Shown piece after piece: positions 26,700 through 39,697 of a stretch of 64,000 bases of DNA. This DNA comes from Octopus vulgaris (lineage: Eukaryota): NCBI GenBank assembly GCA_951406725.2, contig OX597816.1:178374001-178438000 (forward strand), written 5' to 3'. The position numbers and the translations under genes were made by a program. The notes under the pieces are model-generated. The model was not told the DNA's origin and ran no database searches. It worked only from the letters and a program-made list of their open reading frames with translations. Each line of letters begins with the position of its first letter. Within the stretch, counting starts at the first letter, position 1.

Positions 26700-28190
26700 G
26701 TGTTAATTGTAGTTAGTTAAAGAGCCAGTTTTGGAGCATATTGAGATAGGTTTGTCCTGTATTGGTGTTTCCTTCAAAGAAAAAGGGACCATAAACCTTG
26801 TCCAGAGATACAGCACAAAAGATGTTCAGTTTAGGAGAATCTCTTTCATGCTCAACTGTTTCATGTGGGTGCTCTGTTCCCCAAATGTGCACATTGTGAT
26901 GATTGACTATGCCACTCAAGTGAAAAGTCGCTTCATCACTAAAAATTAAGCGTGAAATTAAGGTTTCATCTTCTATCCACTTCCTCTTGTTGCCATTGGT
27001 AAGTACCTGAATGAGGTGTAGTCTGTATGGTTTCAAATGTAGACGTCTTCTTAGCACACGCCAGATAGTGGATCACAAGCTCCCAGCTAGTTCGATTTGT
27101 GGATTTCTGTGGGCTCCCCTCAAATGCAGCACTTGTTACTCCGAAACTCATGGTCATCCTGGACTTTTTCCTTTACACAAACACCCACTCTCTTGAAACT
27201 TTTGAAACCACCATTGAATGTTCTTAGGAGAGGGTGGATTAATGTCGAATTGCATTTGAAAAGCATGCTGCACTGTGACAACCAAATTTGTTTTCATGAA
27301 CTCGAGAACACAGAGTGTTTCTGCTGAGAATTCACTATTCTGAGTTTAAACAAACAACTGAGAGTTGCCAGAAGAACAACACGACTACAGTGTCCCCTGG
27401 GGTAGCCATTCAAAACTTAGAAAACTCCATTATCTACCCACTAACCTTGATGACCATAATCATCGAATAACAATAGCAATCAACTCAGGGGATCTTGATA
27501 TGCGGCTACATGTCTGGGTAGAATTCTTGTCAGCACATGCCAGATAGCGGATTGAGGGGTCGCAAGCTTGTGGCTAGCTTGATTTTTGGATTTCTGTGGG
27601 CTCCCCGCAAACACAGCAAGGATTCTCGCCACTTGTTTCTCCAAAACTTGCGGTCACCCTGGACTTTTTCCTTTACACAATCACCCACTCTCTTGAAACT
27701 GTTGAAACCACCATCAAATATTCTTAGGGGAGGGCGGATTAATGTCGAATTGCCTTCGAAAAGCATGCTGCACTGTGACAACCGAATTTGTTTTCATGAA
27801 CTCTAGAATGCAGAGTGCCTTTTGCTGAGGACCCACCATTCTGAGTGTAAACAAACAACTGAAAGTTGCCAGGTAAATGATACGACTACAGTCTATCTGT
27901 GGCAGCCACTTAAAACTTAGAAAACTCCACTCCCCACCCACTGACCTCAATGACCTTAAACACTGAATAACAACAGCGATCAATTCAGTGGATCATGATA
28001 TGTTGATACGCGTCTGGGAGGAATTCTCTTATTTCATTGATGTTGCCCATGCTGCAGTTGGTGGTCACATTGAACAGAAGTAAAAGTTGATTGTGAGTAA
28101 ATACTTGTGACTTAGCTGGAGTTTTCTATTGCTTTTCCTTATTAAAATATTGTGTAATGAAATCAGTTCATTCTTTTTGAATAACCCTGT
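26700..28190 (-). mobile_element. Rearranged Tc1/mariner-superfamily element (DUF4817-type N-terminus)
   Basis: LIFSDEATFHLSG..HNVHIWG..YGPFFFE; N-terminus PQQKALCILEF..SVVTVQHAFRRQF; ~480-bp internal duplication; terminus tttttgaataaccctg. Confidence 0.8.
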
Positions 28191-28213
28191 GTGTGTATAT
28201 ATGTATATATATA

Positions 28214-28253
<40 letters not shown>

Positions 28254-28256
<3 letters not shown>

Positions 28257-31200
28257 CTGTGATGCAAATGATCTCATGAAGTTCCAAGATGCAAATGATC
28301 TTATAATCTGCAACACTAACTTCAAAAAACCAGCCAGCCACCTAATCCCTTATCAGTCTGATGAGCACATAAGCCAAATTGGCTATCCCCTCACTAGGCA
28401 ATGAGAAGATGGTTGCTTAAAAATGCAAAGTCTTTCCCAGGTGAAGAGGGTACAATTCAACATAGGTCACTAGTTAGTGACTTCAGAATTAGAGCTAGAA
28501 AGACTCAGAAAAATAAACCAATCTGGAACTATGGAAACTCTAAGATCCAGCAAACAGACAAAAATTTAGAGATTTACTTCTGACAAAAGAGGAAGAGTTG
28601 GGGACACATAGCTTAGAGGACAACTGGAAGTTCCTGCGGGACAATATACTGAGGGCCATGGACGAAATCTGTGATTGATGTAGAGTCCCAGCTAGACCAA
28701 GGAGGTTGATGGTGCTATAAAAGCAAAAAGAGTGGCCTGCACTGGAAAAACAGTGGAAGCAGAGAATTATATCAGGTAGCCAAAAGGACAGCTAGGCATC
28801 AGGTATACATAGCAAAAGGAGTAACTGAAGGTAAAGGGTTTGCAAATGTTCTGCAGTGTGAGGTGTTCAGGATTGCAAAGCAGTATATCAGAGAGAATAG
28901 AGATGTGGTAGGTGAGAAATGTGTGCTTGCACTTAGTGACTCAGAGAAGAAAGAAGAATGGAAGTGTCACTATGAAAGGTTACTAAATGTGGAAAATGAA
29001 TTGGAGAAGGAGAACCTACCAAATATCGAACCAATTGAGGGACCAGCCATCAGCATTGATAACAGCATATTAGATAAGGCAATTAAGGATATGAAGACAG
29101 GGAAAGCCTCTGGGCCATCAGGAATCACTGCTGAGATGATAAAATTTCTTGTGTGTAGGATACAGCTTATCCCCTGTATAGTTAATCAAGTTATTCAGGA
29201 AGGCACCATTCCCTGGTGTAGTAGTATTATAGTTAGCTGCTACAAAGTGTTGCCTTAGATAGAAACAACTACAGAGGCATTAAATTGCTAGACTAAGCCA
29301 TGAAAGTTACTGAGAAGGTTACAGCTCAATTGATTAGAAGTAGAATTAAACTAGGTGAGATGCAGTTTAGTTTTGTACCTGGGAAGAGTACCACAGATGC
29401 CATCTTCCTAGTGAGACAGCTGCAGGAAAAGTTCTTGGCCAAAAGTAAGCCATTGTACTTAGCCTTTGTTGACCTGGAGAAAGATTTCGACAGAGTTCCT
29501 GCTCTGTTATATGGTGGTTTCTAAGGAAGTTAGGATTAGAGGAGTGGCTTGTTAGAGCTGTACAAGCCATGTACAGTGGTGCTGTCAGTAAGGTGAGAGT
29601 CAGTCATGAATACAGTGATGAATTTAGCATACAGGTAGGAGTTCACCAGGGCTCGGTCCTCAGCCCCCTCTTGTTCATTATAGTCCTCCAGGCCATAACA
29701 GAGGAATTCAAAACTGGGTGCCTGTGAGAACTGCTATATGCTGATGACCTTTGCTCTTATTGCAGAATCTTCAGCAGAATTGGAGAAGAAATTCCAGGTA
29801 TGGAAACAAAGCTGGAATCAAAGGACCTTAAAGTTAACTTAGCAAAGATCAAAGTTGTTAGTAAGAAAGAAAATAAATCTCTCTTTTTGTCAGGTAAATG
29901 CCCATGAAAGGAATAGGAACAAATTCCATTCTCTGCATTCAGTGTAAACTATGAACACATAAGAGGTGCAGTGGAATCACAAGTAGATTGATATATAAAG
30001 TTGTCTTTGTATGTGACAGGTGTGCCAGAACAATAAGCACTAAGAGCACAGGGGACTTAGATTCCCTCAAACGCCCAGGAGGCTCTCTTAAGGTTGTGGA
30101 TGGTTTCTGTTACCTAGGTGACCAAATTAGCAATGGTGGAGGATGGTCTGAAAGTATTATTTCTAGAACAAGAATTGGGTGGAGGAAGTTCAGAGAGCTA
30201 TTACTTCTGTTGGCAACAAAAGGACTCCCTTGTGTGCGAACTGCTATACTCCATGGTAGTGAGACATGGGCTCTGAATGCAAAAGACATGTGCAGACTGG
30301 AGAGAAATGATGGCAGTATGCTCCATTGGATGTGCAACATCAGTGTGCATGTACGACAAAGTGCAAATGTATTGAGAGGCAAGTTGGGCATAGGAGGAAT
30401 CGGATGTAACATGAAAGAGAGAAGATATGTTGGTTTATACATGCGATGCATATGAATGAGGACAGCTGCATTAAGAAGCGCCAATCACTGAAAGTAGATG
30501 GTACCCACAGAAGAGGGACCCAGGAAGATGTGGGATGAAGTGGTAAGGACTGATCTCAGGATGTTGGGCCTCAGGGAGGAAATGACAATGGACTGAGATG
30601 TCTGGCGATATGAAGTTCTTGAGAAGACCCGTCCATGTCAGTGAAACTGAATTATAGAAGTGCTGTGTCCCCCACCCACTCTTATCTTACAACAAACCAA
30701 ACTACATTTATGCATCTCTTCTCTTCCTCACATTTCCACTTCATGCACTAGGCTTGCCTCCCACTCCCCAATCTTGTCCCCTTGCCCCTGTGCCACTGTA
30801 TCATTGCAATTTGGTGGCTCCTCCAACTCTGTATATACTCATGTTTTCGCCACTCCCCCCTCTGCACGCTTTAATCATGCTTCCTTTGTAATATTCTGCC
30901 ATTTATATTATGGAGTTTGAACCTCAAGGGTATGCCCTGGCACTTACCACCATCTATATCTCTCTCTTCCTTTACTCAACCATCCCATTTATATTCTGAT
31001 CCCCAACCTTTGTGAGTATGCCTGGCACTCTGCCACCATCTCTGTCCTGCTGTGTCTCTCTCTCTCTTTCCTCCACCTCCCTCAGATTGGGTAACCTTGT
31101 ACTTCCAAGACACCTGTTTTTGTCTCTCTGCCTCACCCTAACCTTTCATCATCCGACACCAAGACGTCTCCTCCGATTGCCCCATCCCCTCTCAAAAGAG

Positions 31201-31426
31201 TTTTTGTTTTTGTCTTGCAAGTACTTGGTGACCCTGACAGTGCAGATACCACTTAAAAGTACTCAGTCCACACTGTAAAGTGGATGGTGTTAGGAAGGGC
31301 ATCCAGCTGTAAAAATCCTGCCAAAACAGTTACAGAAGTCTTGCAGGCTTCTGCCTGGAGAGCTTTTGTCAAACTGTCCCGCCCATGCCAGCATGGAAAG
31401 TGGTTGTTAAATGATGATGATGATGA
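28254..31426 (+). mobile_element. Long decayed RTE-clade LINE (endonuclease end, RT, 3'UTR, (gat)n tail)
   Basis: CNTNFKK, GKSTTDAIFLVRQLQEK, AFVDLEKDFDRVP, GVHQGSVLSPLLF, LLYADDL and HGSETW motifs, with stops and frameshifts. Confidence 0.93.
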
Positions 31427-31710
31427 CAATGTTATCCATCCTGCCACTCACCGACCCTATTAGAGGAAATAGAGAGAGAGGGTGGGTGTGTAAGTTCACC
31501 AAGGTGTGAAAGGAGAGTGACAGACAGTTAAAGATAGGGATAGAAGTAAATGCAGTGAATCAGGAACATAGGTAGAGGCATAGTCATTGGCAAATATCTG
31601 TTTGGGGGTGAAAGGTGAAGGAAATAGGAGTGGGTCAAGCAGGAGTAGGTGACTGGTGGCAGGGCAGAAAACAGTGAAATGGGGAGCAGCAATAAATTGA
31701 AACCTTAGAC

Positions 31711-31946
31711 CAGTGGTTCTCAACTGGGGTCTAAATGGCCCTTGGGGGTCTACATAAGATTTTATTGTGAAAATTTATCTGTAATAAATTTGTTTTGCTT
31801 CTACAATTCACGACATATTTTAACAATTTTTCATACAATTCCTAATAATATTTAATGATAAAAATATATGATTTTTTTTTTAAACATTGAATGAGTAAAA
31901 TAGGAATCAAAGAGTTCCACAGGTAAAAAATAGTTGAGAAACACTA
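31711..31946. mobile_element. hAT-type MITE
   Basis: 8-bp TSD ccttagac; TIR cagtggttctcaact / agttgagaaacacta. Confidence 0.85.
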
Positions 31947-32873
31947 CCTTAGACACGTGAAAAATAGTAAGATGATGTGAAGTGGGTGGGGTGAGAGAAG
32001 GATGCCCAGTGTCAAAAGCGAAAGTTATGTGGTGCCTGTATATAGTGAATGATGAAAAGTGTGGCAGCAGGTATCAGTAGCAGATATGTGGAAGTGTTCA
32101 GTGGAAAGGAGAATTCAGTGGAAAATGAATTGGTGAGGATATTTAGAAGGCAGGATCGAGGATAAAAGGGAATAACTTCAAGGAGAGAGAGAGCTAATCA
32201 TCATCATCATCATCGTTTAACGTCCGTTTTCCGCGCTAGCATGGGTTGGACGGTTCGACCAGGGTCTGGGAAGCCAGAAGGCTGCACCAGGCTCCAGTCT
32301 GATCTGGCTGGTTCGTATTCTAGCAACTATACTTTTAGAACATTCTCCTCTGCTGCTAATTAAGGTCACCTAGGTAACAGAAACTTTTTACTATTTCTAA
32401 AGATTCTACTAAGCATTTGAAAAAAAATCTTTTTCTCCTGTTTTCTTAATGTTTATTCTTCTTGCACATCTACCACAAAGTCTACCTTCCCTGTTAACCT
32501 TCATGCCATTCCATTGCAACTCTTGCGTGTACATACACCCTTTCTATGTATTAAACAGGGTCACTTTTCTGAAAAGTTAAGTGCTCTATCTGTTTCTCTT
32601 GTTGCTAGTCTTTTGTAAGGTAACATGAAGGCCTTTCAATTCCAGCTTTTGCTTCAACACTTGGAACATCAACATAGAAAGACTTTTTCCAGGTTGATGA
32701 GAGCCAAGTACAGTGGCTTACTTTTGACTAAATACTTCTGCAGTTGCTCTACATGGAAGAGAGCTTCAGTAGTACTTTTCCCTGGCACAAGCCTCAACTG
32801 CATTGTTTCTCGTCTTTCTTCTTCGTTAGTTGATCTATAGCACTTTTTTTAACTTTCATGACCTGGTCAAGTA

Positions 32874-33076
32874 CCGTATTTGACAGCATATAGGACGCAC
32901 TTTTTTCCAAAAAATTTGGCTCAAAAAATCGCACTGCGTCTAATATGCGAAGTCAAGACCCTCCCGTAGGCTAATCTTCTCCCAGACGCTCACTAACCTA
33001 GCTTACGATAAGTATTTCTACCTACGCTAACGCCTTAATGATATTTTCCGTACTCATGCATCATTATTTTATTGCT

Positions 33077-33131
<55 letters not shown>

Positions 33132-33244
33132 GTATTATTACTTTAGACTGCTTTCAACAATATATGCTTAAATACACTTAAAACTTTTTTTCCTGAATTT
33201 GACCTGCTGAAATGAGGGTGCGTCTAATATGCCGTCAAATACGG
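32874..33244. mobile_element. Tc1/pogo-type MITE with an internal (ATT)n
   Basis: TA TSD; ~27-bp TIR ccgtatttgacagcatataggacgcac / gtgcgtctaatatgccgtcaaatacgg. Confidence 0.88.
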
Positions 33245-33846
33245 TAATTTGAATACGTATGAAATTACTTCTTTTTAAGGCATTTGCTTTGCCCTTATCA
33301 TGGCTGACTATAAGGCTGCTGCACTAGTTGTTGGGGACAACAACTTCTTGTACAAGCTGATTAGCTATACAGGTGACTAAGCTATATCTCACTCTGCCAG
33401 ATACTTCAAGCATCTCAGCAATAATCTCTGATGGACCAGGGGCTCTCTGTCTTCTTACTTGCTTTATCTATCATCCTGCTATCAACTAGAATCGCTCTCC
33501 TTTTCTTGTCCATTCTCCTTGTTTTGTTAGCTTTTCATAGTAACACTTCTGTCTCTTTCTGTTTGGAATCACTAAGTGCAAGTGTACTATTTATCTGTGT
33601 GCACCTCCCTCCCTCCCCCAGTGTCTCAATTTTTTTCTTATACAGTGTCTTGCAAGCTGGAACATCTCATGCCCCTAGTCCTCACAGTGGGGAACATTGG
33701 TAAACGCCTTCCTTTCGCTTCTCTCTTTGCTAAATATACCTGTCACCTGGCTTCTCTTCTAGCTACCTGGTATTCTGTTCTAATATTCTTCCAGTCTTTC
33801 CAAGCCTGTCTCTTTGCTTTTATCTCACTCAGTCTTTGTGTATAAA

Positions 33847-35306
33847 CAGTTGTGGCCAAAATTAGAGAACAAAAATCAAATTTAAACATGTTTACATTTC
33901 TACTTCATTTTTCTAAATGGGATTTATAATGTATTTACTGTAAAGTTCATTATTTACAATAAATTTTGTAGGAAATTATTAATAACTAAATAATTTATAA
34001 TAGAGAAAATGTTTATTTGAAAAATACATGATGGACAAAATCAGAGAACATATGGTGTAATGTTCAAAAAGCAAAATCTGGCAACACTCCAACTGATGTA
34101 AACGAAGCTGACCTAAAAGTGTGAAGATTTATATTGAACAGCAGTGAATTAACAACCATGGAAAGCTCACATAAAGTTGATGAAAGCCTCAAGAAAAGAG
34201 TTGGCCCATTGAAAAAAGAAGGAATGGCAATTTCTGCTATTGCCAGAGACATTAACAGATAAAAGAGTGTTGTTTCAAGAATACTCAAGCTTTATGAGGA
34301 AACAAGCTCATTTGTGTCATTAGAAAAACGAGGGAGTCCATGGAAAACAAGTGTTTTGGCAAGACTCTGTGACTCAGAGGCTGTTGTTTTGAGATGGTTT
34401 CAGTACTGCTGCAGGAATTTCTTGCTAAATAAATTGTTATTATTGAATGAATATGTCTCGGAAGACTGTGGCTTGTCATTTGAAGGAAGTTGGACTTCAT
34501 GCCTTTTCCCTCTAATCAGTTTGAAGAACCGAAAAGTGAGGTTACTCTTTGGCAATGAGCACATTCATTGGATGGACGACAACTGGTCATGTGTGTTCTT
34601 CAGCAAGTTCAATTTGGTTGGCTCCGATGGTAGACAGTATGTGAGATGTAAAAGTGAAAGATTGTTCCCTAAATGCATGAAGAAATCAGTGAAGTTTGGA
34701 GGTTGAGGTTTAATGGTGTGGGCCTTTCATCCAGATCCATGGTAATGTGAATGCAGCCATATTCAAAGACATCGTTCTGCAGCATGTGTGTGCCAGCTAT
34801 GAGGTCGTCTCCGAATCATTAGCCAATCTTTATGCAGGATAATGCACCATGTCACAGTACTAAACTAGTTCAGGAGGTGTCTGAAGCTGTGATGCATTGG
34901 CTGTGTTATGATTTTGTGGGGAAAATTTCAGGAAGAATGGAATAAAATTACATCAGAACAGTGTGAGAAATTGGTCAAATCCTGTGGATGGAGATGTGCT
35001 GAAGTCATTAAAAATAAACGAATGTACACATCTTATTAATATATTGATATGGATTGTAAAAATTTCTGGCAAAATTTTGATTTCTTAAATTTTATGTCAT
35101 ACATTCTCTAATTTTTTCCATCTTGTATTTTTCAAATAAACATTATTTCTGTTATAAATTTAGTTATAAATCACTTCCTACAAAATATATTTTAAATAAT
35201 GGACATGCTTTAAAGTATATACAGTAAAAATCCCATTTGGGAAAATGAAGTAGAAATGTAAATATCTTTATTTTTTGTTTTTGTTCTCCAATTTTGGCCA
35301 TTATTG
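33847..35306 (+). mobile_element. Decayed Tc1 element with long (~200 bp) IR/DR-type inverted repeats
   Basis: Outer TIR cagttgtggccaaaattagagaacaa with an inner repeat near 34034 and 35101; SKFNLVGSDGRQYVR, KSVKFGG and FMQDNAPCH motifs. Confidence 0.85.
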
Positions 35307-35332
35307 TGTGTGCACGTACGCGTGAAAAATTA

Positions 35333-36609
35333 TTGGGTTGGCAAGAAAGTAATTTCGTTTTTCACAAATAGATTTTTTTGAATGACTTTTGTCAGTGTTA
35401 TGATTTTCTTCTTTTAACATTTGATAGCATTATGTTTAACTTATTTTAGAAGCAAATTGCACGTAATTTTGTTTACAGCTGTTAATTCAGTGTCAATTTT
35501 AATATGGAGTGCAAAAACGAACATTTTCACCATATTTTGCTTTTTTACTTCTGTAAAGGCAAGAAGGCTGCTGAGGCTCACAAAGAGATATGTGAAGTTT
35601 ATGGAGTTGATTGCTTAACAGAACGTACATGGTCAGAAATGGTTTTAAAAATTCCATTCTCATTCAGAACATTTTTACTCAAAGATGACCAACATTCTGG
35701 TCGACCTACTGAAGTTGATGGTGACTGAGTCAAAGCCATAATTGAATCTGATTGTCTTATAAACTGTGCGAGAGATTGCAGAGAGGTTAAATGTTTCACA
35801 CACAACAATTGAAAATCACTTAAAATGTCTTGGACTTGCTAAGAAGCTTGATAATTGGGTTCCACATTGAAATAGATACACTTAACACAACAAATCAATA
35901 TTTGTGATATGCATCTCAAACACAGTGAAATTGACCTTTTTTTGAAACAAATCATCACTGGTGATGAAAAGTGGATTGTCTACAATAAGATCAATGGAAA
36001 ACGATCATGGTCCAAGCATAATGAACCAGCACAAACCACATTGAAAGCTGAATTGCATCGAAAAAGGTCATGCTGTCAATTTGGTGGGATTACAGAGGTG
36101 TTGTGTATTTTGAGCTGCTTCCAAGGAACCAAACAATCAATTCAGATGTTTACTGTCAACAGTTAATGAAACTGGAGGAAGCAATCAAAGAAAAACAATC
36201 AGAATTGACAAATCGTAAAGGATTCGAATTCCACCATGACAACAGTAGACCACACACATCTTTGCTAACTTGTGAAAAATTATTGGAGCTTGGTTGGGAA
36301 GTAATGTCACATCCATCATATAGCCCTGACCTTGCACCATCAGTTTACCATTTATTTCGAAGTTTGCAAAATTCTTTGAATAGTAAAACTTTCGATAATG
36401 ATGATGACCTGAAATCACACTTGCTTCACTTTTTGGCTGATAAGGTCCAGAAGTTCTGAGCACAGAATCATGAAGTTACCAGAAAGATGGCAAAAGGTCA
36501 TCGAACAAAATGGAAAATATAGAATTGATTCAAGTTTAATTTTGTATGAAAAAGAAAATGACTTTTATTTCACACTAAAGAAACCAAAATTACTTTCTTG
36601 CCAACCCAA
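35333..36609 (+). mobile_element. Full-length (1277 bp) mariner element with a pseudogenised transposase
   Basis: TA-flanked TIR ttgggttggcaagaaagtaattt; ITGDEKWIVY, HHDNSRPHT and YSPDLAPSVYHLF motifs; frameshifts. Confidence 0.95.
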
Positions 36610-37017
36610 TAGATAGGTGTGTGTCTCCCTCTCCCATCACATCTTCACCATCCTTTGCTCTTCTCTCTCTCTCTCTCTCCCCCACCCTCCTCTCCATCTG
36701 AGGTAGCCATGGTTCTTTTCTAATGCAAGACACCTTTTCTGTCCCTTAATACTACTCCTTCCAACAGTTAAAGTCTTGTCCTGCAAGTTACTTGGTGACC
36801 TCAATGCTGATAGTGCCATGTAAAAAGCTCCCAGTACACTCTACTAAGTAGTTGGTGTTAGAAAGGGCATCCGGTTGGAGACACCAAACCAAAACACACA
36901 ATAGAGCTTGGTGCTGTTATTTGAGTTTCTAGTTCCTGTTAAACCATCTTAGCCATGCCAGCAATGAAAAGTGGGGGTCAAATAATGATGACGACATTGA
37001 TGATAATGAGGAATATA

Positions 37018-37841
37018 CAGGATATGGTGAATAAACAATCGTCTAAGTTGTGTGAAAAAGAAAATAACACTGAGATCTCATTTTAACAGATATATTTACC
37101 AAAATTACATAGAAATATCTTGAAATACTAATGAGTTAATTTATTCAATAAAATCGCCATTGGCTTCAACCACAGCCTCAAGATGACTTCAGAATCTCCT
37201 GCAACTCTTCTGGATGGTCTCCTTGTTTAAGTTGATGAATGCTGCTATAATCCTTGCCTTCAGTTCATTTTTGGTGTTACAAGGAGTGTTGTTGGTCTCT
37301 TGCTCAACTGTGCCATGCACATAATAATCAATTGAGTCGCATTGTGGGGAGTTAGGTGGTCAGATGTTAGGGATGATGTAGTTGCAGAAATTGTCTGACA
37401 GCAATGACTGGGTTCTCCTGCTTGTGTGGCTTGAGGCTGAGTCCTGTTGCCAGACATGGGGTGTCCAGCAGCCACCCTCTTGACCCAGGCACTTAATGTA
37501 GGCCTCCATATTGAGTTTGAGGCCATGTGGGAAGATGTATGTTATCATACATACATAACATCGCCATCATTACTGATCACTTCAAACACCATGATGTTGA
37601 CTGGATGTTTGATTTTTATCACTCTTGGTACAAGTTTGTATTGGAGCTTCTGGCGTGAATGCCAAGCAGTACAGCATGCTGTTTCCAAATTTCTGGCTGA
37701 GTGAATTGCTTCATGGAGCTGTTTTTCTCACAGACAGTGCCCAACTGACCCTACTATACAGTGCAGTCAATGAAATCAAAAACAATGTGTATGCTTGAAA
37801 TAAAAAATATAAAAGGTGCACAATTTACCCATTGCACCCTG
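37018..37841 (-). mobile_element. Internally deleted Tc1/mariner-superfamily element
   Basis: Same TIRs and VWQQDSA motif as 46530-47657. Confidence 0.85.
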
Positions 37842-38209
37842 TATTTCATACACACATCATCATTATCATTATTTAACATCCACTTTTCCATGTTAGCATG
37901 GGTCAGACAGAATTTGTTGAAACAGACTTTCTACAGCCTGATGCCCTTGTCACAAACTTTCACCTATTTCCAAACAAGATAATCTTTCCCTGTAGCCAGA
38001 CATGTTTTTTTTTTATTGAAACCCAGAAGCAAACAACATCGTTTCTATGGCAATGATGCTCATTTACAATCATCATGTCATGTCAAGACAAGGGTACACA
38101 CAATCACACATTTATATGCACACACACACACACACACACATGCCAGCATGGAAAATGGATTTTAAAGGATGATGATGATACATGAGTGAGTAAGTGAATA
38201 AACAGAAGT

Positions 38210-38517
38210 AATAAGGCACGTAAAAAGCACCATCCGTTCGTGGCCGTTGCCAGCCTCGCCTGGCCCCTGTGCCGGTGGCACGTAAAAAGCACCATCTGAC
38301 CGTGGCCATTTGCCAGCCCCGTCTGGCACCTGTGCAGGTGGCACATAAAAAGCACCCACTACACTCACGGAGTGGTTGGCGTTAGGAAGGGCATCTTGCT
38401 GTAGAAACACTGCCAGATCAGACTGGGCCTGATGCAGCCTTCTGGCTTCACAGACCTCAGTTGAACTGTCCAACCCTTGCTAGCATGGAAAGCGGACATT
38501 AAATGATGATGATGATG
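38210..38517 (+). mobile_element. RTE 3'UTR fragment with 2-3 copies of the ~61-bp unit
   Basis: ggcacgtaaaaagcacc repeats and a (gat)n tail. Confidence 0.85.
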
Positions 38518-38737
38518 AATACTCAACACATTTGGATGGAATTACTTGTCTTTAATAGTATCTTGGCTTAACTTACATAAAGTTTTACAGACATGGGACA
38601 TGTCCACCTTGTTAGATGTTTCCACATAACTTTATGAAAGGGGTTGCTGAATTAAACTGTTATTAAACATGTGGGTATGTATATGTGTGTGTATGTGTGT
38701 GTGTGTGTATTAAAGTAGTAAAGTTAATGTCTGGTCA

Positions 38738-38810
38738 TAGAATGACCAGTGGTTTTGCATCCACAAAGGCCATAGCTTCATGGACCACTCATCAGATTTT
38801 TCTGACTCTA
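38738..38810 (-). ncRNA. Degenerate type-I hammerhead (inverted twin of 39067-39130)
   Basis: Minus strand: tagagt..CTGATGA g..c AAAA cca-c-tgg TC attcta (G12A). Confidence 0.7.
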
Positions 38811-38822
38811 AGAGGTGAAGAG

Positions 38823-39052
38823 TTAACCCTTTTGTTACCGTATTTCTGTTGAGATGCTCTGTGTTTCTTTCAATTAATTTTAAATATAACAAAGAATTTA
38901 GTAAAATAACTTAGTTATCATTCAGCTAGTGTTAGGAACATTAATTGTGAAAAAGGTTTGCTGGAAGATTTTGATTCAAAACTTATGAAAACAAGATATT
39001 TGTGCTACTGAGCCAGAGCCGGTTTCAGCCGGGTTAGTAACGAAAGGGTTAA
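38823..39052 (-). mobile_element. TTAA MITE family 1
   Basis: TIRs plus TTAA TSD. Confidence 0.9.
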
Positions 39053-39066
39053 TCTTGTCTTTGGGC

Positions 39067-39130
39067 TAGAGTCTGATAAGTCATCCATGAAGCTACAGCT
39101 TGCATGGATGTGAAACCATTGGTCACTCTA
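39067..39130 (+). ncRNA. Degenerate type-I hammerhead ribozyme
   Basis: tagagt CTGATAA gt catccatg..catggatg t GAAA cca-t-tgg TC actcta; GUC site at 39122-39124; G8A. Confidence 0.75.
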
Positions 39131-39235
39131 TGACCTGACATTAACTTTAATTACTTTAATACTTTATTGCTCTATACTTTAGAGTGTGCTTCTTATTTGG
39201 ATATATAGTACATTGACACACACACACACACACAC

Positions 39236-39286
<51 letters not shown>

Positions 39287-39453
39287 ATTTTAAATAGCAT
39301 ACACGTGAGTATTGCTCGTGGGTATAGAGTTTGAATAGTGTATTCACATTCGGCTCTAAATTTTGGAAGTGTTGGTTGGATATCTGTTACATGATGATAC
39401 TTGATTGTGTGCATATTCGGCCGTAGCACTTTAAATTTTATAAATTGGAAATG

Positions 39454-39514
39454 TTATACTGAAGAGAGAAGTAAGTAAAATTCAAATTACTTTAATCTCA
39501 AAACACGTATATAA
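39454..39514 (+). ncRNA. Degenerate minimal type-I hammerhead
   Basis: ttata CTGAAGA gaga..tctc AAAA cacg TA tataa. Confidence 0.65.
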
Positions 39515-39697
39515 TTAATCCGGGTCGTGTTGATTCATTGTCTTTCTCTTTGCCTTTGTAAAAAAGTATGTTTACCGTCATGGAGATTCTTATAGTAGCA
39601 GGAAAGGAATTTTTAACTCCTATTTCTAATTTGGGTCTGTGGTGAAGCAGTTAGCTGAACCCTAATTATAATTATGTATATATATATATATATATAA

